DNA from: Eledone cirrhosa
Lineage: Eukaryota
DNA: 64,000 bases
NCBI GenBank assembly: GCA_964016885.1
Contig: OZ024762.1
Coordinates: 22,940,001-23,004,000, forward strand
Reading direction: 5' to 3'
A program made the position numbers and the translations under genes. Shown here piece by piece: positions 41,583-55,993 of this stretch. The notes under the pieces were generated by a model. The model was not told the origin of the DNA, did no database searches, and saw nothing but the letters and a program-made list of their open reading frames with translations. Every line of letters starts with the position of its first letter. Position 1 is the stretch's first letter.

Positions 41583-42690
41583 TTGTTGTTACTGCTGTTG
41601 TTGTTGTTGCTGTTGTTGTTGTTGTTGTCGTTGTTACTGCTGTTGTTGTTGTCTCTGTTGTTGTTGTTGTTGTTGTTACTGCTGTTGTTGTTGTCTTCGT
41701 TGTTGTTGTTACTGCTGTTGTTGTTGTCTTCGTTGTTGTTGTCTTTGTTGTTGTTACTGCTGGTGTTGTTGTCTTGTTGTTGTTACTGCTGTTGTTGTCT
41801 TTGTTGTTGTGACTGATGTTTTTGTTGTCTTTGTTGTTGTTGTTACTATCGTTGTTGTTGTTGTTGTGGTTGTTGTTGTTGTTGTTGTGGTCGTTGTGGC
41901 TGTTGTTGTTGTTGTTGTGGTTGTTGTTCTGGTTGTTGTTGTTGTTGTTGTTGTGGTTGTTGCTGTTCTGGTTGTTGCTGTTGTTGCGGTTGTTGTTCTG
42001 GTTGTTATTGTGGTTGTTGTGGTCGTTGTTGTTGTGGTTGTTCTGGTTGTTGTTTTGGTTGTTGTTGTGCTGGTTGTTGTTCTGATTGTTGTTGTGGTTG
42101 TTGTTGTGCTTGTTGTTGTTGTTGTGGCTGTTGTTGTGGCTGTTGTTGTTGTGGTTGTTGTTGTGGTTGTTGTTGTGCTTGTTGTTGTGCTCGTTGTTGT
42201 TGGTTGTTGTTGTTGTTGTTGTTTGGTTGTTGTGCTGGTTGTCGTTGGTTCGTTGTTGTTGTTGCGTGGTTGTTGTTGTTCTGATTGTTGTTGCTATTGT
42301 GGTTGTTTTTGTGCTTGTTGTTGTTGTTGTTGTTGTGGTTGTTGTTGTTGAGTTGATGTTGGGCTGTTGTTGTTTCTGGTTGTTGTTGTGCTTGTTGTTG
42401 TGCTTGTTGTTGTGGTTGTTGTTGTTGTGCTTGTTGTTGTGGTTGTTGATGTAGTTGTTGATGTTGTTTTGGTTGTTGTTGTTGTGGTTGTTGTTGTTGT
42501 GGTTGTTGTTGCGGTTGTTGTTCTCGTTGTTGATGTGGTTGTTGTGGTTGTTGATATTGTTGTGGTTGTTGTTGTTGTTGTTCTGGTTGTTGTTGCGGTT
42601 GTTGTTGTTCTAGTTGTTGTTGTGGTTGTTGTTGTTGTGCTGGTTGTCGTTTTTGTTGTTGATGTGGTTGTTGTTGTGGTTGTTGATGTC
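41583..42690. repeat. Degenerate (GTT)n array
   Basis: Direct reading. Confidence 0.95.
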
Positions 42691-42902
42691 AATGTTTTAG
42701 TCTTTCACTGTTTTTGATCGTTCTGTTTACTGTTGTGTATTGTTTCCATGTTACTAAATTAAACAGTTCTGTAAATCTTGTGACCAATGTTTCCTCAATA
42801 AATCATATATGTAAATATATGTGTATGTGTTTGTGTGTGTATGTATACACACAAGCTTGTGTGCGTATATATAGCGAGAGAGCGCGAGATAGAACATGCA
42901 TT

Positions 42903-42939
<37 letters not shown>

Positions 42940-42998
42940 TGAGAGAGAGAGAGAGAGATCTTGCAGGTGTGTATATACATAATTAAATCATGTATCTA

Positions 42999-43041
<43 letters not shown>

Positions 43042-43126
43042 TAGTTCATGCATTTGTATATGTATATATATTTGCTTGTATACAGCAATACATATTTACA
43101 TGGATATACCTCTATATACGTACGTA

Positions 43127-43194
<68 letters not shown>

Positions 43195-44029
43195 GTGTGT
43201 ATGTGTGTGTATTGATAGATAATATATGACTATAACCAAAGGAAAGTCAGACAAAAGTTTTCAACCTCTGAAGTTTCCAAAATTATGCATTATCCGTTTA
43301 AAATCTGGACATAAATCATTTAAACAAAAATTTATTTTTTATCTTAAAAGCCATTTTAATTATCTTTGCACCATACACGACACTTTATCATGAAATTTGA
43401 AATATTCTTCAGCATGTCTAAAAGATATTGTGTGTAAATATATTTGAAAGCGAAAATAATATACAATACATCAATAACCGTACATTCTAGTGAAGATTTT
43501 TCGTTTCTCTTCTACACATTTCCTAGTTTCATTACCTACTGTCGAACTCTAAGTCCTTTCTACCATCGGATATAATCGTATTTGAGAAGTTAATGGAAAA
43601 TAGGTTAGAAGGACATTATTTAACAAAGCATTCGATATATAGAAAAGTTCGTCTTAATCCTTCTTTTTCTTCTCCTTCTTCTTCTTCGTCTCCTTCTTCT
43701 TCTTCGTCTCCTTCTTCGTCTCCTTCTTCTTCTTCGTCTCCTTCTTCTCTTCTTATTCTTCGACTTCTTCTTCGTCTCCTTTTTCTTCTACGTCTCCTTC
43801 CTCTTCATCTTCTTCTTCTTCTTCTTCTTCTTCTTCTTCTTCTTCGTCTTCTTCGTCGTCCTCGTCTACATATTCTTCGTCTCCGCCAACTTATTCCTGG
43901 GAGGGTCGTAGGAGCAAAGTTTCCGGATACGCCTTCCAGAGGAACATATCCGAAGTAACCCCCTCCAACCGATCCGGGTGTTATCCAACAATCTGACTCG
44001 TGGTCTACCTCTAGGTCTCCTATAGATTG

Positions 44030-44585
44030 ACCCAGTCCGCAAATCTGTGCAGCGATTCTAACCAGAGATGTAATTACTTGATGCGGAAATGTAGCGGCTC
44101 TACCTTGAACGACTCCCTAATCTCCGAGTAACGCATGCTATCGAATCCGTAAACTCTGTCCAGCGATTCTAACCATGTCTGTAGTACCAGAGCTGTGATC
44201 TCTCGCTGCGGGTAAAGTGTCAGCTCTACCTTGAGAAACTCCCTAATCTCCGAGTTACGCATCCTATCGAATCCGTAAAATGTATCCAGTGATTCTAACC
44301 CCTTAGACTTAGTAGCAGAGCTGTGATTACTCGTTACAGTAAAGTATCAGCTCTACCTTGAAGTAATCCCTAATTTTCGAGTTACGTACTCTATCGAACC
44401 CGTAAAATTTGTCCTCCGCTTCTAACCCCATACCCTTAAAATTCTCGTGGCTGTAAATTATCAGCTCTAACTTTAGGAACTCCGTAGTGTTACACACACT
44501 TATTCCAGAGACCTTAACCCTAACTCTAACTTTAGGAACTCCGTAGTGTTACACACATTTATTCCAGAGACCCTACCCCTAACGC
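44030..44585. repeat. ~120-bp diverged tandem repeat (about 4 copies) followed by 2 x 59 bp
   Basis: gattctaacc..ctctaccttg..ccctaatctccgag..atcgaatccgtaaa recurs; ctctaactttaggaactccgtagtg twice. Confidence 0.75.
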
Positions 44586-45129
44586 AATGTTACTGCAGAA
44601 ATCCCAAATCTCTCCATACCACCAGCTATATCTCACCGGTACTACCACTAACAATAACAACACACACACACTATATTTCGGAGTTCATGTTAATCTTCAG
44701 AGATCATTAATTCTAATTATTTAGAATTGTGTTGTTGCTGTTGTTGTTGGCGGCAATTTAGCTATTATTGTTTTGTTGTTAATTATGTTTTTTTTTTCGT
44801 AGCCGCTGGTGTTGTTGTTGCTGCTATTGTTGCTGTTGCTGCTGTTACTGTATTTGAATTTGCTGTTGTTGTTAATATTCATTCTGCTGCTGTTGTTAAC
44901 TTTTCTAGTGCTGCTGTTGTTGTTGTTGATTGTGCTGCTGTTGTTGTTGTTGTTGATTTTGTTGCAGGTGTTGTTGATTGTGCTGTTGTTAATTTAACTG
45001 TTGCTACTGCTGTTTTATTGCAGCTGATGTTGCTGCTGCTGTCGTTGTTGTTGATTTTGCTGCTGCTGTTGTTGATTGTGCTGTTGTTGTTGTTGATTTT
45101 GCTGCTGTTTTTGTTGTTGATTTGCTGCT

Positions 45130-47610
45130 GTTGTTGTTGTTATTGCTGTTATTATTGCTGTTATTGCTGCCGATGTTATTGCTGTTATTATTGCTGTTAT
45201 TGCTGCCGTTGCTGTTGTTATTGCTGTTATTGCTGCCGTTGTTATTATTGCTGTTATTGCTGCCGTTGTTATTGTTATTGCTGTTATTATTGCTGTTACT
45301 GCTGCCGTTGTTATTGTTATTGCTGTTATTGCTGCCGTTGTTATTGTTATTGCTGTTATTATTGCTGTTATTGCTGCCGTTGTTATTGTTATTGCTGTTA
45401 TTATTGCTGTTATTGCTGTCGTTGTTATTATTATTGCTGTTATTATTGCTGTCGTTGTTATTGTTATTGCTGTTATTATTGCTGTTATTGTTATTGCTGG
45501 TATTATTGCTGTTATTGTTATTGCTGTTATTATTGCTGTCGTTGTTATTGTTATTGCTGTTATTATTGCTGTTATTGCTGCCGTTGTTATTGTTATTGCT
45601 GCTATTATTGCTGTTATTGCTGCCGTTGTTATTGTTATTGCGGTTATTATTGCTGTTATTGCTGCCGTTGTTATTGTTATTGCTGCCGCTGTTATTGTTA
45701 TTGCTGTTATTATTGCTGTTATTGCTGCCGTTGTTATTGTTATTGCTGTTATTGCCGCCGTTGTTATTGTTATTGCTGTTATTATTGCTGTTATTGCTGC
45801 CGTTGTTATTGTTATTGCTGTCATTATTGCTGTTATTGCTGCCGTTGTTATTGTTATTGCTGTTATTGCTGCCGTTGTTATTGTTATTGCTGTTATTGCT
45901 GCCGTTGTTATTGTTATTGCTGTTATTGCTGCCGCTGTTATTGTTATTGCTGTTATTATTGCTGTTATTGCTGCCGTTGTTATTGTTATTGCTGTTATTG
46001 CCGCCGTTGTTATTGTTATTGCTGTTATTATTGCTGTTATTGCTGCCGTTGTTATTGTTATTGCTGTTATTATTGCTGTTATTGCTGCCGTTGTTATTGT
46101 TATTGCTGTTATTGCTGCCGTTGTTATTGTTATTGCTGTTATTATTGCTGTTATTGCTGCCGTTGTTATTGTTATTGCTGTTATTATTGCTGTTATTGCT
46201 GCCGCTGTTATTGTTATTGCTGTTATTATTGCTGTTATTGCTGCCGTTGTTGTTGTTATTGCTGTTATTATTGCTGTTATTACTGCCGTTGTTATTGTTA
46301 TTGCTGTTATTATTGCTGTTATTGCTGCCGCTGTTATTGTTATTGCTGTTATTATTGATGTTATTGCCGCCGTTGTTATTATTATTGCTGTTATTATTGC
46401 TGTTATTGCTGCCGTTGTTATTGTTATTGCTGTTATTATTGATGTTACTGCTGCCGTTGTTATTGTTATTGCTGTTATTGCTGCCGTTGTTATTGTTATT
46501 GCTGTTATTGCCGCCGTTGTTATTGTTATTGCTGTTATTATTACTGTCGTTGTTATTGTTATTGCTGTTATTATTGCTGTTATTTCTGCCGTTGTTATTG
46601 TTATTGCTGTTAATATTGCTGTTATTGCTGTCGTTGTTATTGTTATTGCTGTTATTATTGCCGCCGTTGTTATTGTTATTGCTGTTATTATTGCTGTTAT
46701 TGCTGCCGTTGTTATTATTATTGCTGTTATTATTGCTGTTATTGCTGCCTCTGTTATTGTTATTGCTGTTATTATTGCTGTTATTGCTGCCGTTGTTATT
46801 ATTATTGCTGTTATTGCTGCCGTTGTTATTGTTATTGCTGTTATTATTGCTGTTATTGCCGCCGTTGCTGTTATTATTGCTGTTACTGCTGCCGTTGTTA
46901 TTGTTATTGCTGTTATTGCTGCCGTTGTTATTGTTATTGCTGTTATTGCCGCCGTTGTTATTGTTATTGCTGTTATTGCTGCCGTTGTTATTGTTATTGC
47001 TGTTATTATTGCTGTCGTTGTTATTGTTATTGCTGTTATTATTGCTGTTATTTCTGCCGTTGTTATTGTTATTGCTGTTAATATTGCTGTTATTTCTGCC
47101 GTTGTTATTATTATTGCTGTTATTATTGCTGTTATTGCTGCCGTTGTTATTGTTATTGCTGATGTTATTGCCGCCGTTGTTATTGTTATTGCTGTTATTA
47201 TTGCTGTTATTGCTGCCGTTGTTATTATTATTGCTGTTATTATTGCTGTTATTGCTGCCGTTGTTATTATTATTGCTGTTATTATTGCTGTTATTGCTGC
47301 CGTTGTTATTGTTATTGCTGTTATTATTGCTGTTATTGCTGCCGTTGTTATTATTATTGCTGTTATTATTGCTGTTATTGCTGCCGTTGTTATTGTTATT
47401 GCTGATGTTATTGCCGCCGTTGTTATTGTTATTGCTGTTATTATTGCTGTTATTGCTGCCGTTGTTATTATTATTGCTGTTATTATTGCTGTTATTGCTG
47501 CCGTTGTTATTGTTATTGCTGTTATTATTGCCGCCGTTGTTATTGTTATTGCTGTTATTATTGATGTTATTGCCGCCGTTGTTATTGTTATTGCTGTTAT
47601 TATTGCCGTT
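45130..47610. repeat. 2.5-kb compound trinucleotide minisatellite (GTT/ATT/GCT/GCC)
   Basis: Higher-order units of ~30-42 bp, all in triplet register. Confidence 0.95.
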
Positions 47611-47966
47611 GTCTTCGATGCTCTTCCTGATAATGACGCTATAGAAATTTCTCTTAATAACAATTAACAGCCGTTTGATTTTACTAAACGAACAAAAATA
47701 AAATTTGTATTAATTTACGACTAAAAGCAAAACCTAGCCAAGTATGATGCGTCGAATGATACTTTTTTGGTTATTAAAAAAATTCCAAATACTCACAGAT
47801 GATAGGCGAAACTATTAACACTAATTTATAATATACAGACTACTCAGCTGGTTAAAATAGTGGGAGGTGCGGCTAGTGAGGTGAAGGTAGAGTGGTGAAG
47901 TTAGAGTACTTATACACAATAATATATATGTATATATATATACCTGATTGTGTGTGTGTATGTGTT

Positions 47967-48011
<45 letters not shown>

Positions 48012-48032
48012 GATTGTGTGTGTGTATGTCTT

Positions 48033-48081
<49 letters not shown>

Positions 48082-48102
48082 GATTGTGTGTGTGTATGTG
48101 TT

Positions 48103-48159
<57 letters not shown>

Positions 48160-48160
48160 C

Positions 48161-48191
<31 letters not shown>

Positions 48192-48443
48192 ATATGCACA
48201 TAATGTGTATGTATATATATGTATATATGTTCACGTATATATTTATATATATATATATATATATATGCATAAATATATATATATATATATATATATTTCG
48301 TTTCTGAATTTGTAAACTTATAAATATTTAATAAATTAAATTGAAGTGAAAGCAACTGGTGCGTGTGTTTCTTATTGGGAACATGACCCTCCCAAAGTAT
48401 AACAATATATATATATATATATATATATATGCATATATATATA

Positions 48444-48491
<48 letters not shown>

Positions 48492-48629
48492 TATATATAT
48501 ATATACATATTCCATTTAGCGTATGCATACATTTGTGTGTGCGTATAATTTGATTTGTCCATGTATTTATGCTTTAAATACATATATACATACAGATACA
48601 TTATGTTTATGTAAGTGTGTGCATCTAAG

Positions 48630-48761
48630 TCTGTAAATACCAGTATATATGCATATATATATATATATATGTGTGTGTGTGTATCTTCTGTTAAATACCA
48701 GTATGTATGTATGCATATACATATATATATGTGTGTGTGTATGTAGTTTTGTTAAATACTA

Positions 48762-48808
<47 letters not shown>

Positions 48809-49160
48809 ATGTGTGTGTGTGTGTGTAAGTGTGTATGTGAGTGTATCATTTGCTAAATACTAGTATGTATGTGTGTGTCTTGTTTTGCTAAATACTAGTA
48901 TGTATGTATGAATGTATGTATACATACATATATGTGTATATATGTGTCTTGTGTTGCGAAATACTAGTATGTATGTGTATATATATATATTTGTGTGCGC
49001 CTAGATCTGTTGAATACCAGTAAATGTGTGTGCGTGTATATATATATATATGTATGTATGTGTGTGTTTTGCGCTGCTAAATACTAGTATATATGTATGT
49101 ATGTGTATATAAGTGTATATATATGTGTGAATGTCTAGATCTGCTAAATACTAATATGTA

Positions 49161-49204
<44 letters not shown>

Positions 49205-49249
49205 TGTATGTATCTAGTTCTACTAAATACTATTATGTATGTATGTGTA

Positions 49250-49293
<44 letters not shown>

Positions 49294-49338
49294 TGTATGT
49301 ATCTAGTTCTACTAAATACTATTATGTATGTATGTGTA

Positions 49339-49388
<50 letters not shown>

Positions 49389-49425
49389 TGTATGAATCTA
49401 GTTCTACTAAATACTAATATGTATG
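48630..49425. repeat. Minisatellite: taaatactagtat core spaced by TA/TG runs
   Basis: About 12 copies. Confidence 0.7.
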
Positions 49426-50127
49426 TATACGAGCAAAAATTAAACAGAATAAACAAAAACACTATGCACCCAAACAAATAAAATGAAAAAAAATTAAATA
49501 AATAAAACTACAACAAACATACAATAAAAAACACACTAATGAATTACTGATAGAAGTGAAATATAGACGTCCCCCCCCCTAACCGTTCTCCTCCTCCCAC
49601 CCTAAAACATACAACAACAACAATAACAACAACAGCGTCGCCATATTACTTTAGTTCCATTAAAACCACGTGACAAAACAGCTTCAATCTCCGCCATTTT
49701 AAAACGTGTAGCAATTATAATTAAAATGTTATCCATGTTTTGTATTTGTTTTTGGAGTTCTTTTGTGAGGCGAGGGAGGAGGTGGTTGGGGTGTAGTTGG
49801 CGCGTGGACGGAGGATATGTTGGTATATTGTGGGGGTGTGGGTTTGGGGAGGTGTGTAGCTGTGGAGGAGGAGGGGGTGTAGTTGCGGCGTGAGGTGGAG
49901 TGGGTGGAGTCGTGGGGGGTGGAGGTGTAGATGTAATTGTGAGGTGGAGGTAGGAGGTGGTGGTGTAGTTGCGGGCTGGGGTTGGGTGTTGATATGGGTT
50001 GATTTTCGTTTTTCGTTTTTATATCGTTTCGTTTTCGGTTTTTTATTTTTCTATTTTCCTTTCATTATATTAAATACTACTACTCCTAATGATTTAGTTG
50101 CTGTTAATTATTAATATTATTATTACT

Positions 50128-51235
50128 TGGATTGGCAGTATCGGTAGAGGGCCGGACGCCATGCTTTGCAGCATAGAGTCACAGCCCTTTCTGATCTGAG
50201 TTCAAATCCCGCCGATGTTAACTTTGCCTTTCATCCTTACGGGGTCGATAAAATAAAGTACCAGTCACGCACTGGGGTCGATTTAATCGACTTTCCCCGC
50301 CCCCAAAATTGCTGACCTTGTGCCTATAGTAGAAATGATTATTATTAGTACTACGATTTACAGAATCAGTAGAGCGTCGGACACCATGATTCGCAGCGTA
50401 GTTACGTCCCTTTATGATCTGAGTTAAAATTGCTGACCTTGTGCCTAAAACAGAAATCATTATCATTATTTTTGATAAGAGGTTAACTTTGCTTTTCACC
50501 CTTACGGGGTCGATAAAATAAAGTACCAATAATACACTGGGTAATTGCTGGCCTTGTGCCTAAAGTAGAAACAATTATTTTTTCTTATAATTTGGATTGG
50601 CAGTATCGGTAGAGCGTCGGACAATATACTTTAACCCCAGAGTTGAAATCCCGCCGAGGTCAATCTTGCCTTTCATCCTTACAAAGTCGATCAAATAAAG
50701 TACCAGTAATGCACTAGGGTTTATTAAATCGACTTTCCCCGCCTTTTCAAACTGCTGGCCTTCTGCCTATGTAAGAAATCATAGGGCGGTGGATTGGCAG
50801 TATCTGTAGAGGGTCGGACCCCATGCTTTGACGCATTGAGTTACGGCCTTTGCCATTCTGAGTTCAAATCCTGCCGAGGTTAACTTTGCCTTTCATCCTT
50901 ACGGGGTCGATAAAATAAAGTACCAGTAATGTACTGGGTAATTGCTGGCCTTGTGCCAAAAGTAGAAACAATTATTATTATTAAACCATCATTATTAATA
51001 TTATTATTCTGGCCTTGTGCCAAAAGTAGAAACAAGTGGATTGGCAGTATCGGTAGAGGGTCGGACGCCATGCTTTGCAGCGTAGTTACGTCCCTTTACA
51101 GACTGAGTTCAAATCCCGCCGAGGTTAACTTTGCCTTTCATCCTTACGCGGTCGATAAAATAAAGTACCAGTAATACACTGGGATAATTGTTGATCTTGT
51201 GTCAAAAGTAGAAACAATTATTATTAATAGTAGTT

Positions 51236-51274
<39 letters not shown>

Positions 51275-51472
51275 TGGCAGTGTCGGTAGAGCGTCGGTTA
51301 AGAGGCTTTGCGGCATAGTTACAGCCATATACATTCTGTGACCAAATCCAGCCGTGGTTAACTCTGCCTTTCCTTCTTACCACATCCATACAATAAAGTA
51401 CCAGTAACGCACTGGGGCCTATTTAAACACATTGCCCTCCCCCAAATTGTTGTCCTTGTGCCTAAATCATAA
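50128..51472 (+). mobile_element. Head-to-tail cluster of about 7 major SINE copies
   Basis: tggattggcagtatcggtagag...ctttcatccttacggggtcgataaaataaagtaccag repeated, all on the same strand. Confidence 0.85.
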
Positions 51473-51487
51473 ACCATTAATAGTTAG

Positions 51488-51492
51488 TAGTG

Positions 51493-51529
<37 letters not shown>

Positions 51530-51669
51530 AGCAGCAGTAGCAGTAGTAGTAGTAGTAGTAGTAGTAGTAGGTGCAGCAGTAGTAGTAGTGGTAGTAGTAG
51601 TAATAGTAATAGTAGTAGTAGTAGTAGTAGTAGTAGTAGAAGCAGTAGTATAAATAGTAATAGTAATAA

Positions 51670-51717
<48 letters not shown>

Positions 51718-51721
51718 CAGC

Positions 51722-51774
<53 letters not shown>

Positions 51775-51835
51775 AAGCAGTAGTATAAATAGTAATAGTA
51801 ATAATAGTAGTAGTAGTAGTAGTAGTAGTAGCAGC

Positions 51836-51873
<38 letters not shown>

Positions 51874-51875
51874 TG

Positions 51876-51906
<31 letters not shown>
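51488..51906. repeat. (TAG)n array
   Basis: Direct reading. Confidence 0.95.
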
Positions 51907-52118
51907 AAGAGGAAGACATGAGTACATTTCGTTCTAATTGTCGTGTCTTCCACTTTCAGATTCGAGTTGCATTTTTCATGTTTGTTTCTGTCTAGTTCCC
52001 TCTTCACACACACATACATACATACATACATACATACATACATACAGACACACACATACATATAGGCATGTATATATATGTATATATACTTATATATATA
52101 CACTATATATACTTATAA

Positions 52119-52186
<68 letters not shown>

Positions 52187-52330
52187 GCACATATACACAT
52201 AAACATATATATATACACATAAACACATATATATGCACACATATACATATGTATATATATATACACACACACACACACATATATATATGCACACATATAC
52301 ATATGTATATATATATATACACACACACAC

Positions 52331-52398
<68 letters not shown>

Positions 52399-52474
52399 CG
52401 CACATATATTCATACACACACATATAGATATAGATATATATATCACACATATACATATGTGTATATATATATAC

Positions 52475-52512
<38 letters not shown>

Positions 52513-52976
52513 GCACACATATATATATATGCACACATATATACGCACACACATATATATATATACACACACACATACATGCATACACATACTCCAACGT
52601 GCAAGAATGCACGTGTTCCAAATATAAATCGATGAACGTAAAAGACAATCTTAATGTATAATTATTGACATTTAATTGTCGCTAATTAATTACCCACTAT
52701 CATAATGAATCAATTATAGGCTATTTGTTTCGTTCTGTAAATCAGAACGACTAAAATACATTCTAACGTGGCGCTATATTGTATCAATCACATTTACACA
52801 CCATTTTCCAAAGTATATGCTATTGTAAGACACGCTTGTGTAATGCTCGTTCGTGATCAACATCACGTCCTCATGAAACATACAGCTGCTCTTGGGGTTT
52901 ACTTGAAGAGAAATACGCACGTATATGCTATTGTCACATGACACATATGGTGATATGTGTGTCATGATATGGGTCC

Positions 52977-53373
52977 TGGATTGGCAGTGTTGATAGAGCG
53001 TCAGACAAAATGCTATGTACTATAGTTGTATGACTCTTTTACGTTCAAAATTCAAATCCCACCGATGTTAACTTTGCCTTTCATCCTTACGGGGTCGATA
53101 AAATAAAGTACCAGTAATGCATTGGTGTAGATTTAATCGACATTAACCTCCCCCTAAAATTGCTGGCTTTGTGCCTCTATAAGAAACCGTGGACTGGCAG
53201 TATCGGTAGACGGTCGGACGCCATGCATTCCAGCATAGTTACGTCCCTTTACGATCTGAGTTCAAATCCCGCCGAGGTTGACTTTGCCTTTCATCCTTAC
53301 GGGGTCGATAAAATAAAGTACCAGTAATGCACTGGGTAATTGCTGGCCTTGTGCCTAAAGTAGAAACAATTAT
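52977..53373 (+). mobile_element. Two tandem major SINE copies
   Basis: Conserved body twice. Confidence 0.85.
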
Positions 53374-53399
53374 TATTATAACAACAAAAGTAGAACAAT

Positions 53400-53990
53400 T
53401 GTACGGCGTAATTCGGGTTGTTTGTTGACAAACACTCCGAGCATTATAATAAATGTTCGGTGAATCCATACGTACATATATATATGTGTGCATGTATGTA
53501 TATATATATACATACTACTGTACGTCTGTATACATATATGTATGTACGTGTACATACTTATATTTAAGTAACAACCGTACTAAGAGTGGGAAATGAAATT
53601 TCGTTTCATTTTTTCCGTTTATCGTTTTCGGTGCAATCGGCTGATTAATCCACTCGATATGCAAATTGGGCTACTCAGCCGTTAATATGCATAAGGTAAG
53701 TATATACGTTCAACAATCTGGCAGGAAGGTATACGTTGCTGACGATAGCTAATAAGCTTGAAACTAGTACAGCGTTCCTTTGTCAGTGTTGAACAAAAGG
53801 GTGACGATGGTTGCCGAACACTGTACGGCGTAATTCGGGTTGTTTGTTTACAAACACACCGAGTATTATAATAAATGTTCGGTAAATCCATACGTACATA
53901 TATATATGTCTGCATGTATGTATATATATATATACATACTACTGTACGTCTGTATACATATATGTATGTACATGTACATACTTATATTTA
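53400..53990 (+). mobile_element. 1.4 tandem copies of a 422-bp hammerhead-containing unit (candidate retrozyme 2)
   Basis: gtacggcgtaattcgggttg at 53401 and 53823. Confidence 0.65.
53734..53774 (+). ncRNA. Type I hammerhead ribozyme (family G)
   Basis: cgttg-CTGACGA-t-AGCT-aata-AGCT-t-GAAA-CTAG-TA-cagcg. Confidence 0.75.
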
Positions 53991-54191
53991 GAAACAATTA
54001 TTATAACTCAAAGACTTTCTATTAAGCTTTATCATTTTCTGCCGGGAATTTATATTATGTTGAAGTGTAATCCCAAAGGTTGGTGTGTTTCTATTGGCAA
54101 CGCGACCCTCCCAAACTATAACAATACATAAATATATATATTTATATACATACACACATATATTACACACACACACATACTACCATTGTAA

Positions 54192-54278
54192 GGGCTCTGA
54201 GGAGCCGCGGATTACAGAGTCGGGCTAGATCGATACAGATCGAACCGTCAGCTTATCAGTGGCGAAACGTGCGTCACC
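54192..54278 (+). ncRNA. Hammerhead ribozyme with long stem II (family H)
   Basis: CTGAGGA-GCCGCgGAT...ATCaGTGGC-GAAA-CGTGCG-TC; stem I is weak. Confidence 0.6.
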
Positions 54279-54429
54279 AACCAATAAACGTAATGAAGGA
54301 GGAACCAATCGTCCTTGTTTTATTGTACTATAATACACTCTGTATAGCTCTACACCTCGACACTGAAGTGAACCTAGACATCGAGTGCTCACCCGGGTGA
54401 ACCTACAGTAACTTCAGGTAACACTCCCT

Positions 54430-54475
<46 letters not shown>

Positions 54476-54477
<2 letters not shown>

Positions 54478-54668
54478 CGAAATAATTGTGGTAAGGAACC
54501 AGATGGACCATAACGCACCAGAGTAATCAATACATAGGGTAGTAGAGTGGAATTAGAAAAAAGTATGACCCCGAAGGGAGAGCTCAAGCCGTTTCGACGG
54601 CTATAACTGGTCCAGAAATAGCCGTCGAAACGGCTTGACTTCTGCCGTCGGGGTCATACATTTTCCTA
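54476..54668. mobile_element. Family J inverted pLTR pair
   Basis: gccgtttc-gacggctat...atagccgtc-gaaacggc. Confidence 0.65.
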
Positions 54669-55050
54669 TATATATATATATATATATATATCTCCCCTGT
54701 TTGCTGAGATCAAAGTGAGTGAATTTGTCACTACTTTAAAACAATAGCTTACGGTCTTCAAAATGCTTTTAATTAAGCATAAAGTGTATTGCAAAATACA
54801 TTATATATACATCCATATATATATTGCTATTTCAGAGCTCCAATTCTAATTTTTAATATATATATATATATATATACATTATACATTTAACTCTGATACT
54901 GGTTCAGTCTAGTTCAACTGAATTGGTCTGTCCCGGTCATTCATTGAGCAACATCGGTGAAGTTGGCACCCTTAACTCACAGTTGGGTGCGGATGCATTC
55001 ATGTATATATGTGTGTGTCCGTATGTATCTGTGTGTTTCTAAATATATTG

Positions 55051-55106
<56 letters not shown>

Positions 55107-55108
<2 letters not shown>

Positions 55109-55267
55109 CGAAGGAAATGTGGTAAGGAACCAGGTGGACCATAACGCACCAAAGTACTCAATACTTAGGGTAGTAGAATGGGTAATAGGAACAAGTAAGA
55201 TCCCGACGGCTGAGCTCAAGCCGTCGAAACGGCTTGAGCTCAGCCGTCGGGGTCTTACTTGTTCCTA
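55107..55267. mobile_element. Family J inverted pLTR pair
   Basis: gacggctgagctcaagccgt-cgaa-acggcttgagctcagccgtc. Confidence 0.65.
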
Positions 55268-55469
55268 TATATATATATATATATCATATATCATAATTGA
55301 ATATAAAAGAAAGATAAATATCGACTTATACATATATGTGTTCAAATCAAAAGGGACCTGGTTCTCAGTTTTACATTCAATTATGATATACGGCTCGGAA
55401 AAATCTCTTTCCTAGAGCTAATTTATTGTAAGAGCCTATTTTGAATTTCTAACACAATACATACCTTTG

Positions 55470-55517
<48 letters not shown>

Positions 55518-55522
<5 letters not shown>

Positions 55523-55993
55523 ATTAAATAAATGGAAAACTATATTTATAAAACCATATTTATTTCATTATATATATTTCGGGGATATCATATTAACAAT
55601 ATGCTATGCCTTCATCAGACAAAATACAATATAAACAGTTTTATAGATAAATATATTCGACATACCGTAATAAACATCAACTTCATTTGAAGAGGTTTAC
55701 TCTAGCAGTGAAAATACAGAGTAAACCTCTTCAAATGAAGTTGATGTTTATTACGGTATGTCGAATATATTTATCTATAAAACTGTTTATATTGTATTTT
55801 GTCTGATGAAGGCATAGCATATTGTTAATATGATATCCCCGAAATATATATAATGAAATAAATATGGTTTTATAAATATAGTTTTCCATTTATTTAATAT
55901 TGTAAATATACTCCAAATATTTGTCGAGTGCTTTTATATCAGTTATAAATATTTACTAGTTGTAACCCAACAATTTTAAATATAACTTTACAT
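55518..55993. mobile_element. Palindromic pLTR pair of the intact PLE family, hammerheads at ~55556-55632 (-) and ~55788-55864 (+)
   Basis: Perfect ~185-bp inverted arms around 55704-55717. Confidence 0.85.

Noticed and set aside
41263-42717. Cys/Val/Leu/Thr-rich ORFs
   Set aside because: (GTT)n repeat translations
49655-49720. Possible minus-strand first exon or YY1 site (aaaATGGCG, MAEIEAVLSRGFNGTK)
   Set aside because: Short, weak donor, no recognisable downstream exons
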